The translations under genes and the position numbers were made by a program. A stretch of 63,637 nt of DNA, counting the filler, from Craspedostauros australis (Eukaryota), in the NCBI GenBank assembly GCA_030167865.1. It is 12 parts of 12 records of this genome, joined end to end, with 100 filler letters (N's around TTAATTAATTAA, not from the genome) between each part and the next. Parts side by side here need not be neighbours in the genome. Positions count along the whole stretch, not along the records: positions 9,570 to 16,421 come from JALAGF010005810.1; positions 16,522 to 20,520 come from JALAGF010005811.1; positions 20,621 to 23,675 come from JALAGF010005812.1; 9 more parts are not named here. One strand, written 5' to 3'. Shown here in pieces: positions 11,750 to 23,675 of the stretch (its first letter is position 1; every line of letters starts with the position of its first letter). Under the pieces are notes generated by a model that saw only the letters and a list, made by a program, of their open reading frames with translations, did no database searches and had not been told where the DNA came from.

Positions 11750-13105
11750 TCCATTCCTATTAGCGTAGCACTATATTATCTATAAATAAGTGACACCCGT
11801 CGACCAATCAGAAAATTCTCTATTTCTCCGTTTCTCCGTTTCCACAAGAATCTTGATGCGACATGACGTCATGTCATTCGTGTATTGCATTTTGCGTCGC
11901 CTAAATTGTTTTCCCTCCATTCGCGATTTTTGGGATGGCATGAAATCAATTTCATGCCCTTCCTGAATTCCGAGAAGGTAAATCCATCCAATCAGGACAG
12001 GCTCTGGTATTGGTCCAATAAATGTGAAACGGACCCTGACCTTCTCAAATGGAAGACGATCAATCATGTGATTGTACAACTGTCAACATCGTGAGGAGTT
12101 GCCCTCTACAACACGGCATATCGCGGTGTTTGTTTTTCTGACTTTTGCTAAGAGCCCATTCAGTCACAAACCAGCGAGTCACGGGGGGAGACATTTTTTG
12201 GCCAGTTGGTCCGTCCTTCCGAGGCTCTCGCAGTGCGCCGTGTTGTAGCAATGCTCCGTCGGTCCAACTTTTTGACGAGAACCGTCAATCTTCCGTCAAT
12301 GCCGGTTCAATAAAAACGGGTCCCAGCAAGACTTTGTGTTGATGGAGTTGCATGGTCCACACAGCACTTCCCCCCATTTGGGCCATGTTTTTGTTGTTCT
12401 CGTTCGGCATGTCGCGGAGTTGTGTTTGTGCAAACAGGCATGCTCGTCTTGGTGAGAACCATCACCATTGTTAGAACATAATCAAAGATGGGTAGGGTAC
12501 CACACCGAAAACGCAGAGAGATCAATTCGTAGTTGTTGGTGAGGATGATTGTTTGAATAGTGTGTTATTCGTATGAGTAGATGAAGACCGTCAAGCTCCA
12601 AAGATTGAGATCTTGGAACTGTGAGCATGAGAGGCAACTTGCAGGTCTCATGCAATTGCAGATGGAATATAACACAGAGACAACACGACATATGTGCATG
12701 TTACTGTGTGGGTTCAGATTTGCAAAAGTCAGAAGCAAACACCGCGATACGCTGTGTTGTAGGGTGCAACTCCTCATGATGTTGTGAGTAGAACAATCAC
12801 ATGATTGATCGTATTCACTTGAGAAGGTTGGGGACAGTTCCATATTTATCAGACCCAAGACCGAAGTCTGTTCTGATTGGGCAGAGTGGTTCATCTTGGC
12901 AAGAAATTCATTTCCGCGACATTTTGAAATCTGTGATTGACAGGATAACGGTTCTTGCAACGCGAAAGGTGACACAAATTTGACACAACGGATTTTCGAC
13001 CAAAATTTCCGTTCGGCACGGAAAAGGTAAGAAATGTGAAGATTTATGATTGGTCAACAGGTGTCGCTATTGTTAGGAATATAGCGTTGCGCTAATGGCA
13101 AGGAA
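11750..13105. mobile_element. Non-autonomous long-TIR (foldback/Mutator-like) element
   Basis: About 11750-12140 is a degenerate reverse complement of about 12725-13105, e.g. GATCAATCATGTGATTG vs CAATCACATGATTGATC, and GTGACACCCGTCGACCAATC vs GATTGGTCAACAGGTGTCGC. No transposase inside; no TSD identified. Confidence 0.7.
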
Positions 13106-14803
13106 CTGTTCATGCCATCTACTGCTGAGAAGCTGTTGCCTCCATTGGATATGGATGGTAAGCAGGACGCTCTGCCACCGACAACAGACAAGGTCTTGCT
13201 TCCTGTGCTCAAAGGCATGACCTTCAAACATGAATGCGACGTTGAGATCCTGACCAACGACGAACAGAATCGCACACTCCAACAAAAAAGCAACCACCAC
13301 AACGAACACAACGAACACAACAATTACCCAACCACCTACGAACACAAACAATACTGATGCAGAGATTGTGCCTCCACAACTGCCAACAGCAGAAGAGGAG
13401 GAAATCGCACTGCACCAAGAAGAAAACACAACATCGGAGCGAATTGCATGTGAGACACAAACAATGGAGGAACATACGGAATCTCCTGAGATGGTGGAAC
13501 AAAAGGTGAGGACACAATTGCGGCAAAGAGCCAGAGCCGCAATGCGGAGACTAAATAAATAGGTTTAGCCTGAAATTGGCGTCGACAATCCTTGTTTTGG
13601 CGATACCAGCAAAGGCACCAAGACACCGAATCTGGCCGTAATGCGCTAGTCGTGTCTAGATGAGCACAAAATCGATGGGTCCATAAAAATTAAAATAAGA
13701 CATTAAAGCAAAATCTACGTCCACCATGCATCTTATATTTTATCTAGTTTTTGAATATGTGAGTGTTTTGGTCGAAAGCTCCGTTAGTTGCCACCCTTCC
13801 AGGACGGACTGCAGGTCCCGTCACTCGGGGGGCTCATAAATCAAATCGCTACACATATGAAAACCTGTGAAGTGGTGGCAAAGCCATAAAGGCTCAGATT
13901 ATGGATGTTATTAGGTTGTGTGGGCCCACCGTACCTTCCGTTGTGTGTTGCCATTAGGCGACGTCCATGCCTGCACGGGAACGCCGTTTTAACCGTTTCA
14001 AATAAATCTGTGCTTGCTCAAACAGACAGTTCCAACAACCACTCCAAACATACAGACATAGACAGACAGAAAAAACAGAGAGACTGACGGGCTTGAACAA
14101 GCTACTGTTTGATTCATGCGACTCAGATGAGTCCAACGAACAACGCAGAAATCGATGTTGTTCTGTGCGCGACAACAAAGACAAACGGTGTGAGAAAGAG
14201 TGAAGGCGGATTTGCGAATGGCGAAGAAAACCACACACCAAGCGCCACCATTTGTCGATTGTTGCTTACCCGGCTTGATCGGAGTTGAAGAACAAATGAG
14301 AGTGACGACATCCATCGATCATTCATCGAACATCCATCAGACATCCATCAGACATCCATCGAGCATCCATCCACCCATCCTCACGCGAACATCCACAATC
14401 GCCAGCGCCAACAAGGGAGGGGTATCTGTGTTGGTATCTTTCGGGGATGGTCTTCACGTGACGCTTCCTCGTCGCACACGCATGAAGATGCATCATCCAC
14501 AAACGTGGACAAGCGTTTTCTCCTCTCAAAGCATGCAACATCATGCGACTCCACTTCGAAAGGATTCATGGGATGCGCCTCAATGATGCTGTCTGTCCTC
14601 GCAAGCAGGTGCTTCATCCGCATCCTTGATGTGAGCAATACTGCTTCATCAGATGTGTCCATCTCTGCATCATCTCATAATCTGAAACATCGCATCAATT
14701 CAACCAACAGCAACAAACCAAACTAGCATTCGATTACCCAACACAACAACAATCAACGACCAACAACCAACGACCAACGACCAACGACAATCAAGCATTC
14801 AAC

Positions 14804-16225
14804 ATGACATCCACCAACGACACCAACACCAACACCAACAAAAATGGCGACATCGAAGTCGGAGCGACCACTTCCAACAAGATCACCGACATTGTGCCAT
14901 CCAAGACGCAATCTCCTCTCATGGAGTCCTCCGTCTTCAAGTTCCGCGATGTCAACTTCGTCGTCGGCAGCGGCGACAAGAAGAAGCACATCCTCGAGAA
15001 TGTCAGCGGCAAGGTCAAGCACGGTCGTGTGCTGGCCATCATGGGACCATCCGGAGCAGGAAAGACCACGCTGATCAACGCATTGACGTTGGATGCCTTC
15101 TACGGCGAGCCGTCGGGATCCGTCACCCTCAATGGCGTGCCGCTGTCTGGCAAGATCTTCAAGAAACATTGCTTCGGTAAGTGCATGAATGATTTGCAGC
15201 GACACAGTACCATGCCTTCCTGCAACTCGATTCCTCTCACTCTTGTTCTAATTCTGCATTTTTCTATTCTGTCGACCGTGTTTGCCACGCCGCACCCAAT
15301 CGGCCAACCAATAAATGAATCAATAAATTGCCTGCAGTCGTCAAGCAGCATGACAAGCACTGGCCGTACCTCACGGCGCGCGAGAGCCTGATCTACGCCG
15401 CCGGATTGTACGATGTCGGCACGCCGCAGACGATCCCCGATATCGTCGATCGCATCATCGAAAAGATGGGTCTCAACATCTGCGCCGACACGCGTTGCGC
15501 GCGCCTCAGTGGCGGACAGAAGAGACGTCTGAGCATCGCCGTCGCGCTCCTCAAGCAACCAACCCTCCTCTTCCTTGATGAACCGACCAGCGGATTGGAT
15601 GCCGCCGCTGCATCCAACATCATGCAAGAGATCTCTCGCGTTGCCAAGGATGAGAACCTCATCATCGTGTGCACCATCCATCAGCCATCCACCAAGGTGT
15701 ACAATGGATTCGATCAGGTCATGATCATGAGCCGTGGTCGCCAGGCCTTTTCCGGTGATGCCCATGAGGCCACACCGTACTTCGACCGCATCGGATACCC
15801 TCTTCCGGATGCCACCAACCCGGCCGAGCATTTCCTTGACCTGGTTAACTCCGATTTCTCCGGCGAGGAAGATGTGGAGAACATCCTCAACTTGTGGGAT
15901 CAGCACAAGTCCAAGAATGCGTCGTCTCACGGCGGATCCACGCATGGAACCGAACGTCTCGACGATGATGATGATGACGCTGACGAAGCCGTGGGCATCG
16001 AGAAGACCAAGGGCACCAGTTTCTCATCCGAATTGAGCATCATGTTCAAGCGCCACTTCTCGCTCATCACCCGCGACCCAATCCTCTACCTCGGACGCTG
16101 CTTGATCTTCCTCGTCATGTGCATGGTCTTTGGCTTCGTGTACTGGAACGCCCGTGACAACGAATTCGATCAGCTGTACAGCAAGATGTGGGTCCAGGTC
16201 TGGTATGCCGGCGTCCCAACGAACA
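14804..16225 (+). CDS. ABCG: ABCG (White-like) transporter, partial; exons 14804-15176 and 15338-16225, remainder lost at scaffold end
   Basis: Walker A GPSGAGKT, signature LSGGQ, Walker B LLFLDE and H-loop CTIHQP, with the NBD before the TM region; GT-AG intron 15177-15337 keeps frame; next donor GTAAGT at 16226. Confidence 0.92.
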
Positions 16226-16521
16226 GTAAGTACAGCATTGCATTTGAAGCATGGATGGATGGATGGGCATTGCGATAGCATGAAGCTTCCGAGTGAGGGG
16301 AGTTTGAAATGGAGCGGGAGATGCAACGTTTTGGGATGCTCATCAACGTGATGATACTGTTCAGATCAATTTTCTCATACCTGCACCCTTGAAATTACGA
16401 TTGCCTCCTGTCCAACACCAANNNNNNNNNNNNNNNNNNNNNNNNNNNNNNNNNNNNNNNNNNNNTTAATTAATTAANNNNNNNNNNNNNNNNNNNNNNN
16501 NNNNNNNNNNNNNNNNNNNNN

Positions 16522-16794
16522 AGTTGATGCCAATGTAGGAGAGCTGGTAGGCGAACTGGTTGGTGCCACACTGGGATTGCTGCTCGGATTGTTGGACGGT
16601 GCTCCTGTCTGTTTGTTACCCTTGAAGTTCTTTGGGATGAAACCGCCGTCGCCCTTCAGCAGTCTGGTTGCCTGCATCGCGACATGAAGTTTGTCGGTTG
16701 GGTCAACCAATCTATGGCCGCGAAGGATGGCATCGATTGTCTTGCATTCGGCGAGCAAGATCGCCGTGATGGTTGCTGCCTTGAAGTTGAGCAT
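16522..16794 (-). CDS. Putative secreted protein with Pro/Ser/Thr-rich repeats, partial
   Basis: Hydrophobic N-terminus (MLNFKAATITAILLA), an RLL motif, then APSNNPSSNPSVAPTSSPTSSPT; runs into the gap. Confidence 0.55.
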
Positions 16795-17719
16795 CTTCGG
16801 TTTCCACGTGATCTTTGCTTGGTTGTGGTTTGCTGGAATGCTGTTTCTTTCCTCTCGAATTTGGATGAGCGGTTTACTATTGCTCGTGTTTGCTTCGAGG
16901 CTCCTTCACACTCATGGCTGGATCGGTACTTTCGGTTGTGTTGATGTCGTCCCTTGCGCCTTGGCGTTCTTGCAGGAGGATCGTGCTGCACGGTTGCGCA
17001 GGATGCATACCGTACCACGTTGATCATGTGCGCACCGCATGTTATCGGAGAAGAAAAATGGAAACAGCAACAGTGGCAAGAATGTGGATTGGCTGAGCTG
17101 TGCATGCATCATTCACAGGATTGGCAGCTAAGGTGAAGACGATGTTGTGATGATTGGCGAAGCACTGTCGTCTGCGTCGTACAGATCGCCAATGCGGTTC
17201 GTCGTATTCCGAGACGATTGGATGTTGCTGGTTTCCATTGTGAGACTGGTCAACGTGGAGTGTTGTTGGCTGTCCTGGCCTGGCACATTCTGTTGTTGCT
17301 GCACACGGTCATCACGTTGTTTTGTGGAGGAAGAGCCACACGATGTCTCTTCCTCTGTTGTGACTCGTTTTCATGACGTGGAATCCGTTCCCTGTGACGT
17401 AGACGACGGATCAGCGAGAGTAAACACGAAATAGCTCTAAATATCCAATCACCGTTTCTCCCAAAAGCAAGCAAACCAGTGGCAACAAGGGGCCAAAACT
17501 CCACAACTAGTGTTATCGTGAGTGCATCAACTGCGATCTGGACCTCGTAGTCATGGATAAAACCGACGGACAGACCGCCAACAGAACACCCTGACGTTTC
17601 GAATCGAGTCCCGCGTATCCACAGTCTGTCTGCAAGCACTACTTTTGAAAAAATGTAGACGTTACATTAACGTTGCGCATGTCGGTCTGATTCCATGTTA
17701 GAAAGCGCGGCTGGCGTGT

Positions 17720-18393
17720 TTCAGAATGATTCAGAATCAGACTCCGATTCAGAACGGATTCAGACTTTCAGAACCGATTCAGAACGGAGTCAGAACTTCA
17801 GAACTTCTGACTTTTTCCATTCTGATTCTGAATCGAGAGTGTTTCTTGTTCATTGCCCAGAAACACGAATGCTCTTCTGTGTACCAACACAGACACACAG
17901 AGAGTAACAGCCAAACACTGGCTGCGACATCAACAACATGACCACGAGCCGAAGCATCTTGGCACCAGAAAAGATGTTGTAGTCAATGTGACGATGAAGG
18001 ATAACATGTTACTTTACTCAGTATTCTTTTCTTGGTTGCATGTGATGATGTCAGTCATCGAAAATCGAAGAGTGCGTACTTGCGACCTGATTTGTGAAGA
18101 TTTGCAAGCATGCAGCAACAGCAATAGTACCAGCGACAGCGATAGAGACAATGGAGTGGCTATCGATGATTTGCGTGTGGGTCCTTGGCACAAAGGAGTG
18201 GCTGTTGTGTTACCAACTCGTCTTGTTAGGAAGGCGTTAGTAGACGTTATGCGCCATGTTTCAAATGACGAAGAACTTGACTTCCATCCACAAGAGCATT
18301 CAGACTTTCAGAATGGATTCAGAACAGAGTCAGAACGGATTCAGAACTTCAGAAGTTCTGATTCTGAATTCAGAATGAGCTGTCTGATTCAGA
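17720..18393. repeat. Two clusters of (GA)TTCAGAAC-type short repeats (17720-17833 and 18298-18393)
   Basis: Each cluster has many TCAGA(A/C) units followed by inverted TCTGA units; ~465 bp of unique sequence separates them. Confidence 0.75.
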
Positions 18394-20253
18394 ACGGCAA
18401 CAGGAAGACACTGAAGTGTTCCGTGTTGTGTGGCCTGCCCTGCTCTCTAACCGTTATATATTTCTTTTAACCGTTATATAAAATATCGAAATGTGTCTCC
18501 ACAGAATTGAAACGTGAACCCACGAAACTGATGTTGAAGTAGTCTAATGAGTCGGTTACCAAATCGTCTTATTTATCCACGACTAATCCAAGTACCGGAT
18601 GGTCCAGAAAAAGTTGACATGCCTGATTACGGACTGCAGGTCCCGTCACACAACCGGGTCTTAATTGTCCTAAACACGATTGAATCGGGGACTGACCACG
18701 AACATCCGGACACCAGTTTCAGCGAAATTCCCGTGTCTTGCAGGGGAACACGGTAATTTGTCCACTCACGACTCCACGAGCTCGTGATTGAGCTGAATCG
18801 AGTCGNNNNNNNNNNNNNNNNNNNNNNNNNNNNNNNNNNNNNNNNNNNNNNNNNNNNNNNNNNNNNNNNNNNNNNNNNNNNNNNNNNNNNNNNNNNNNNN
18901 NNNNNNNNNNNNNNNNNNNNNNNNNNNNNNNNNNNNNCAAACGAGTGTCACTTTCGTGTCGTTTGGCGAACGGGCGTGATGCCGAAAACAAGCTTCAGAG
19001 TACTGCGACATGTTACATTGTTTCAATTCGGACAAATGTGTTCTTCATTTTTGGACAAGTCACGATTTCGTGTCGCATACACATAATATGCTAGCTATTT
19101 CGATTATGTTTGAAATGTCCTACCGCCAATGAAAAATATTGTGTACAAATATACGTAGAACAAGTACCAAGTTTGGCTTTGTTTGAGTTTTTGTGTCGGG
19201 GGACACAGGGGGGACATTTTGGAGCTGATCCAACGGTGAAGTTTTGTCTTGTCACGTTGCTTGGGTTTCGTTCCGCAGAAGCCATTCGTCACGCATCTGT
19301 GCGCATGGCAAACGGCAACCACGATCGTGGCGAATGAATCTGCCTGTGTTTGCAATACTTAGTGGCACAAAACTTCCGAATGTCTATGCGACATCCCATG
19401 GACACAAAGGCTTCGCATCAACTTCCAAGGCTAGTACATAATGTAGATCACCTGTATTACACAGAAAAGTACAAGCCACATCATANNNNNNNNNNNNNNN
19501 NNNNNNNNNNNNNNNNNNNNNNNNNNNNNNNNNNNGTCTTGTCACGTTGCTTGGGTTTCGTTCCGCAGAAGCCATTCGTCACGCATCTGTGCGCATGGCA
19601 AACGGCAACCACGATCGTGACGAATGAATCTGCCTGTGTTTGCAATACTTAGTGGCACAAAACGTTCGAATGTCTATGCGACATCCCATGGACACAAAGG
19701 CTTCGCATCAACTTCCAAGGCTAGTGCATAATGTAGATCACCTGTATTACACAGAAAAGTACAAGCCACATCATACATGTTTGTCATAGTCTTCACAGCA
19801 TGCATTTAATTAATCCATAAAATATAGCATCTAATGAAGGGAATAAGTGCCTGATTTAGTTGTAGATATGTGCATTATCCATCTGTTGCTCCAATTCCTT
19901 GCGTTGTGGGTCGTATTCTGACCAAACCTTCATTGGAAAGGATAAACATACTACATTATAACAAGATCAGCGCATTGAGGGCATTCCAATGGGTATAATA
20001 CCAGCTTAAAAACATCTAGATCCGTCTGGAAGAGACACTGGTATCCAAATCTGTGAATCGTGTGATACTGCATGGCATGCATCACAATGTACATTCTTCT
20101 TCATATCTGTGCATTCCACAGACCGTTTGGAGCGATCCAACCAGCCATATCACTCCAATCACACTCCAAAGAGTACATACATAGAGTGTGGAGTCCTAGA
20201 TCCNNNNNNNNNNNNNNNNNNNNNNNNNNNNNNNNNNNNNNNNNNNNNNNNNN

Positions 20254-20520
20254 CTACTCCGATGCTCTCGGTGTACGCCCGTTCTCTTGCCCGATGCTCT
20301 CGGCGCTTCAATCTGTTTCGTAGATTCAGTTCTCCGACACGACTATGAGTCGCTACGCGAGATGCTCTCTCGTCTCTCTCTCTCTCTCTCTCTCTGTATT
20401 CTCTCTCCCTCTCTCTCAACATCGTGTGCTCGTTCCACACGATACTCCGTGTTCGATGCGTACTCCGCATTCAACACTCCGTTCGTTCAGTACTGGCTCC
20501 TACTCCATGAGTACTCGCCA
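20254..20520 (-). mobile_element. Copy of an LTR-retrotransposon leader region (PBS plus 5' UTR)
   Basis: Reverse-complement match to 26725-26965, starting TGGCGAGTACTCATGGAGTAGGAGCCAGTACTGAA. Confidence 0.65.
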
Positions 20521-20686
20521 NNNNNNNNNNNNNNNNNNNNNNNNNNNNNNNNNNNNNNNNNNNNTTAATTAATTAANNNNNNNNNNNNNNNNNNNNNNNN
20601 NNNNNNNNNNNNNNNNNNNNTTGGAAGGATATGGCCGATCTTCTCCAATGTTGATGTTGGTCCTCTTGTTGCTGCTGTGTTTGTGT

Positions 20687-21217
20687 TCATTCTTTTTGCC
20701 TCTTGCGCTTCAACTGCTGTCCCAACTGTTCTTGTGGTTGTTCATTTCCTTGTTCGTTTTGCTGTAAGCGCTGCTGCAGTTGTTGCAGTTGTGGGTGAGC
20801 TGAAGGCGAAAGTCCTCTGATGAGGGACTCCATACACTCCAGGTGGCCACGCATGCATGCCCAACGAAGGGGAGTGTGACCATCGTTGTTTTGGCAGTTG
20901 ATGTTCGCCTCACATGATTCGATGAGGTACTTCACACACTCCAGCCGGCCACGCATGCATGCCCAATGAAGGGGAGTCCAACCACGGTTGTCTTTGCAGT
21001 TGATGTTCGCCTCACATGATTCGATGAGGTACTTCACACACTCCAGGCGGCCATAGAAGCATGCCAAATGAAGGGGAGTCCAACCACGGCTGTCTGTAAC
21101 CTTGTTGACATCAACTCCTTCATTCTGCGTCTTGTTCTGCTTCTTCCATTCCTTCAACACCGACAAGTCACCTTCCATGGCAGCATCAATGAGTTGTTTG
21201 TTCGTAACATTCGGCAT
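20687..21217 (-). CDS. Ankyrin-repeat protein, copy A (176 aa)
   Basis: Three GxTPL(H/R)xACxxGxLEC repeats (34-aa period) after an N-cap, followed by a Gln-rich tail ending LKRKRQKE. Confidence 0.88.
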   Translation of the reverse strand: MPNVTNKQLIDAAMEGDLSVLKEWKKQNKTQNEGVDVNKVTDSRGWTPLHLACFYGRLECVKYLIESCEANINCKDNRGWTPLHWACMRGRLECVKYLIESCEANINCQNNDGHTPLRWACMRGHLECMESLIRGLSPSAHPQLQQLQQRLQQNEQGNEQPQEQLGQQLKRKRQKE

Positions 21218-21530
21218 TTTGGGAGGATGGTCGATGGTTGCTGGACGATTGACGTTGAACGTTGAACGATTGGCGTTGGATTGACTGTCGAGGAAGTGTG
21301 GAGTTCGAGCTACCCACGACATGTGTGTTGTTGATGTGCTCGATTGTGGGGTTGAGCAGTGTGTGCGGTTGCCTCGTTTCAATGTTCTCCCGTTTCTCTC
21401 CTCGTTTCTCTGTTTGTCTACTTCTTGATCGCACCCTGGTTTGGGAGAGGGCACCAGCGCTGTCCGGAGAGTGCGGATCCNNNNNNNNNNNNNNNNNNNN
21501 NNNNNNNNNNNNNNNNNNNNNNNNNNNNNN

Positions 21531-21868
21531 AGTTGTTGCAGTTGTGGGTGAGCTGAAGGCGAAAGTCCTCTGATGAGGGACTCGATACACTCCAGTTGGC
21601 CCTTGCGGCATGCCAAATGAAGGGGAGTCCAACCATTGTAGTTTCGGCAATTGATGTTTGCCCCACATGATTCGATGAGGTACTCGATACACTCCAGCTT
21701 GCCTCTGTAGCATGCCCCATGAAGGGGAGTCCAACCATACCTGTCTGTAACCTTGTTGGCATCAACTCCTTCATTCTGTGTCTTGTTCTGTTTCTTCCAT
21801 TCCTTCAACACCGACAAGTCACCTGTCCTGGCAGCACCAATGAGTTGTTGGTTCGTAACATACTGCAT
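21531..21868 (-). CDS. Ankyrin-repeat protein, copy B (one repeat fewer; 3' end in gap)
   Basis: Tandem paralog of copy A with near-identical upstream sequence; two GWTPLHxACxxG repeats. Confidence 0.8.
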
Positions 21869-22926
21869 TTCGAGAGGATGGTCGATGGTTGCTGGACGAT
21901 AGACGTTGGACGTTGGACGTTGGACGTTGGACGTTGAGGTTGGATTGACTGTCGAGGAAGTGTGGAGTTCGAGCAACCCATGACATGTGTGTTGTTGATG
22001 TGCTCGATTGTGGGGTTGAGCAGTGTGTGCGGTTGCCTCGTTTCAATGTTCTCCCGTTTCTCTCCTCGTTTCTCTGTTTGTCTACTTCTTGATCGCACCC
22101 TGGTTTGGGAGAGGGCACCAGCGCTGTCCGGAGAGTGCGGATCCTTCCTTTTGCTGACTACGAACTGGCGCACACAACAACGAGAAGAAGGAACAGAACA
22201 CGACACACGCCCCACAAGATCGCCGTTGCGAACACGAGAACACCACAAATGGGAATCGTGGATTCTCGCTTCACCACTTTTGCGCGTGCTGAGATGTTCC
22301 CAATTTCACGAATTCTGTGTGTCAATGAAGTACTTTATTAGCTTCTTTCATGAGAAGGACACGTCAGAAAGGCGTTCAAATGAGATCTCTGATCGTCAAC
22401 TCGAAACAACCACGAAAGTGATGATGACGCCAACAGCGATGATGTGATGGAGGGAGCACCAAGATGATCACAATCTCAATTGCAACCATCGCACGTCACG
22501 ATGTACGCGTATCCCCCAAGGAGTCCAATCGGCAACATGGTTGCCTGAGAACCGCACATGGGATATGCGCGATGTGTTGTACTACTACGAGTACGCATGA
22601 AGGCGGTGGATTGAACGATCGTGTTCCCAACAGGTTTGACCAGCAAGTCATTGGTGCTCCTTGTCAAAGTGCACAAGTNNNNNNNNNNNNNNNNNNNNNN
22701 NNNNNNNNNNNNNNNNNNNNNNNNNNNNCCCAACAGGTTTGACCAGCAAGTCATTGGTGCTCCTTGTCAAAGTGCACAAGTAACTACTGTAGACGTATTG
22801 GCCCATTGTTGCATGCCCTGGTCGGAGCTCTTGTTCTTTTATTGTGAGTTGTCCGAAGACAAACCCCCGACCAGTATTTGTGACTAATATGATTAGTAAA
22901 GAGGTAAGAAGGTACAGAGAAAGTTG

Positions 22927-23675
22927 TCACGCCCCTTGATCTTGAGGTAGACCCGGATAGAAGAGAGCGGTGACAAGAAGTGTTAGTTGCGGCCTCGCCA
23001 ATGCCTTGGTGAGCATATCAGCGAAGTTGTGGACCGATGGGACNTGTACTGGAACCAGTATCCCGGCGCNGACGGCCTCACGGACTCGATGGAATGAGAT
23101 GGCCACATGCTTCTTTTGCAGCAGGCTGTCTGCGATGGTCGTGTTCGAGATTACCGCATTGTTGTCACAGAATGTGACCGTGGGTGATTTGATGCGTACT
23201 CCCAGCGATCCGAGCGCGTATCGTAGTGCAATGATTTCCTCCGTCACTGATCGCATAGTGTTGAATTCCGCGCCGTACATTGACGTGGTAACCAATGTTT
23301 GCCTCTTGCTCGTGAAGTACACAGGGGTCCTGCCAAGGAATAGTATGATCCCAGTGTTGGATCGCCATGTGACGAGATTGTGTGCGTGGTCCGCATCGAC
23401 GAATGCATACATAGGCAGTTCCNNNNNNNNNNNNNNNNNNNNNNNNNNNNNNNNNNNNNNNNNNNNNNNNNNNNNNNNNNNNNNNNNNNNNNNNNNNNNN
23501 NNNNNNNNNNNNNNNNNNNNNNNNNNNNNNNNNNNNNNNNNNNNNNNNNNNNNNACTTGCGTTCTGAGTGTGGACTTTCCTTTGAGGTAGCCCCAGATCT
23601 TGAGTGCTCGCACAAGATGTCCTTTTCGTGGTGATGCAGTGAAGCGAGAAAGTGAAGAAGTTGCAAAGGCGACGT
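22927..23675 (-). mobile_element. Ty1/copia (CoDi-like) pol C-terminus: end of RT plus RNase H
   Basis: 'FVDADHAHNLVTWRSNTG…SKRQTLV.TSMYGAEF…FCDN…NFADMLTKAL'. A purine-rich AAGGGG lies just before TGACAAC at 22929, a possible PPT/LTR start. Confidence 0.9.

Noticed and set aside
13112..13562. Gene downstream of the inverted repeat
   Set aside because: Two short stop-separated ORFs with no recognisable domain.
20687..21976. A single 429-aa ankyrin protein
   Set aside because: The ORF reads through an N gap and the duplicated upstream region; two tandem genes explain it better.
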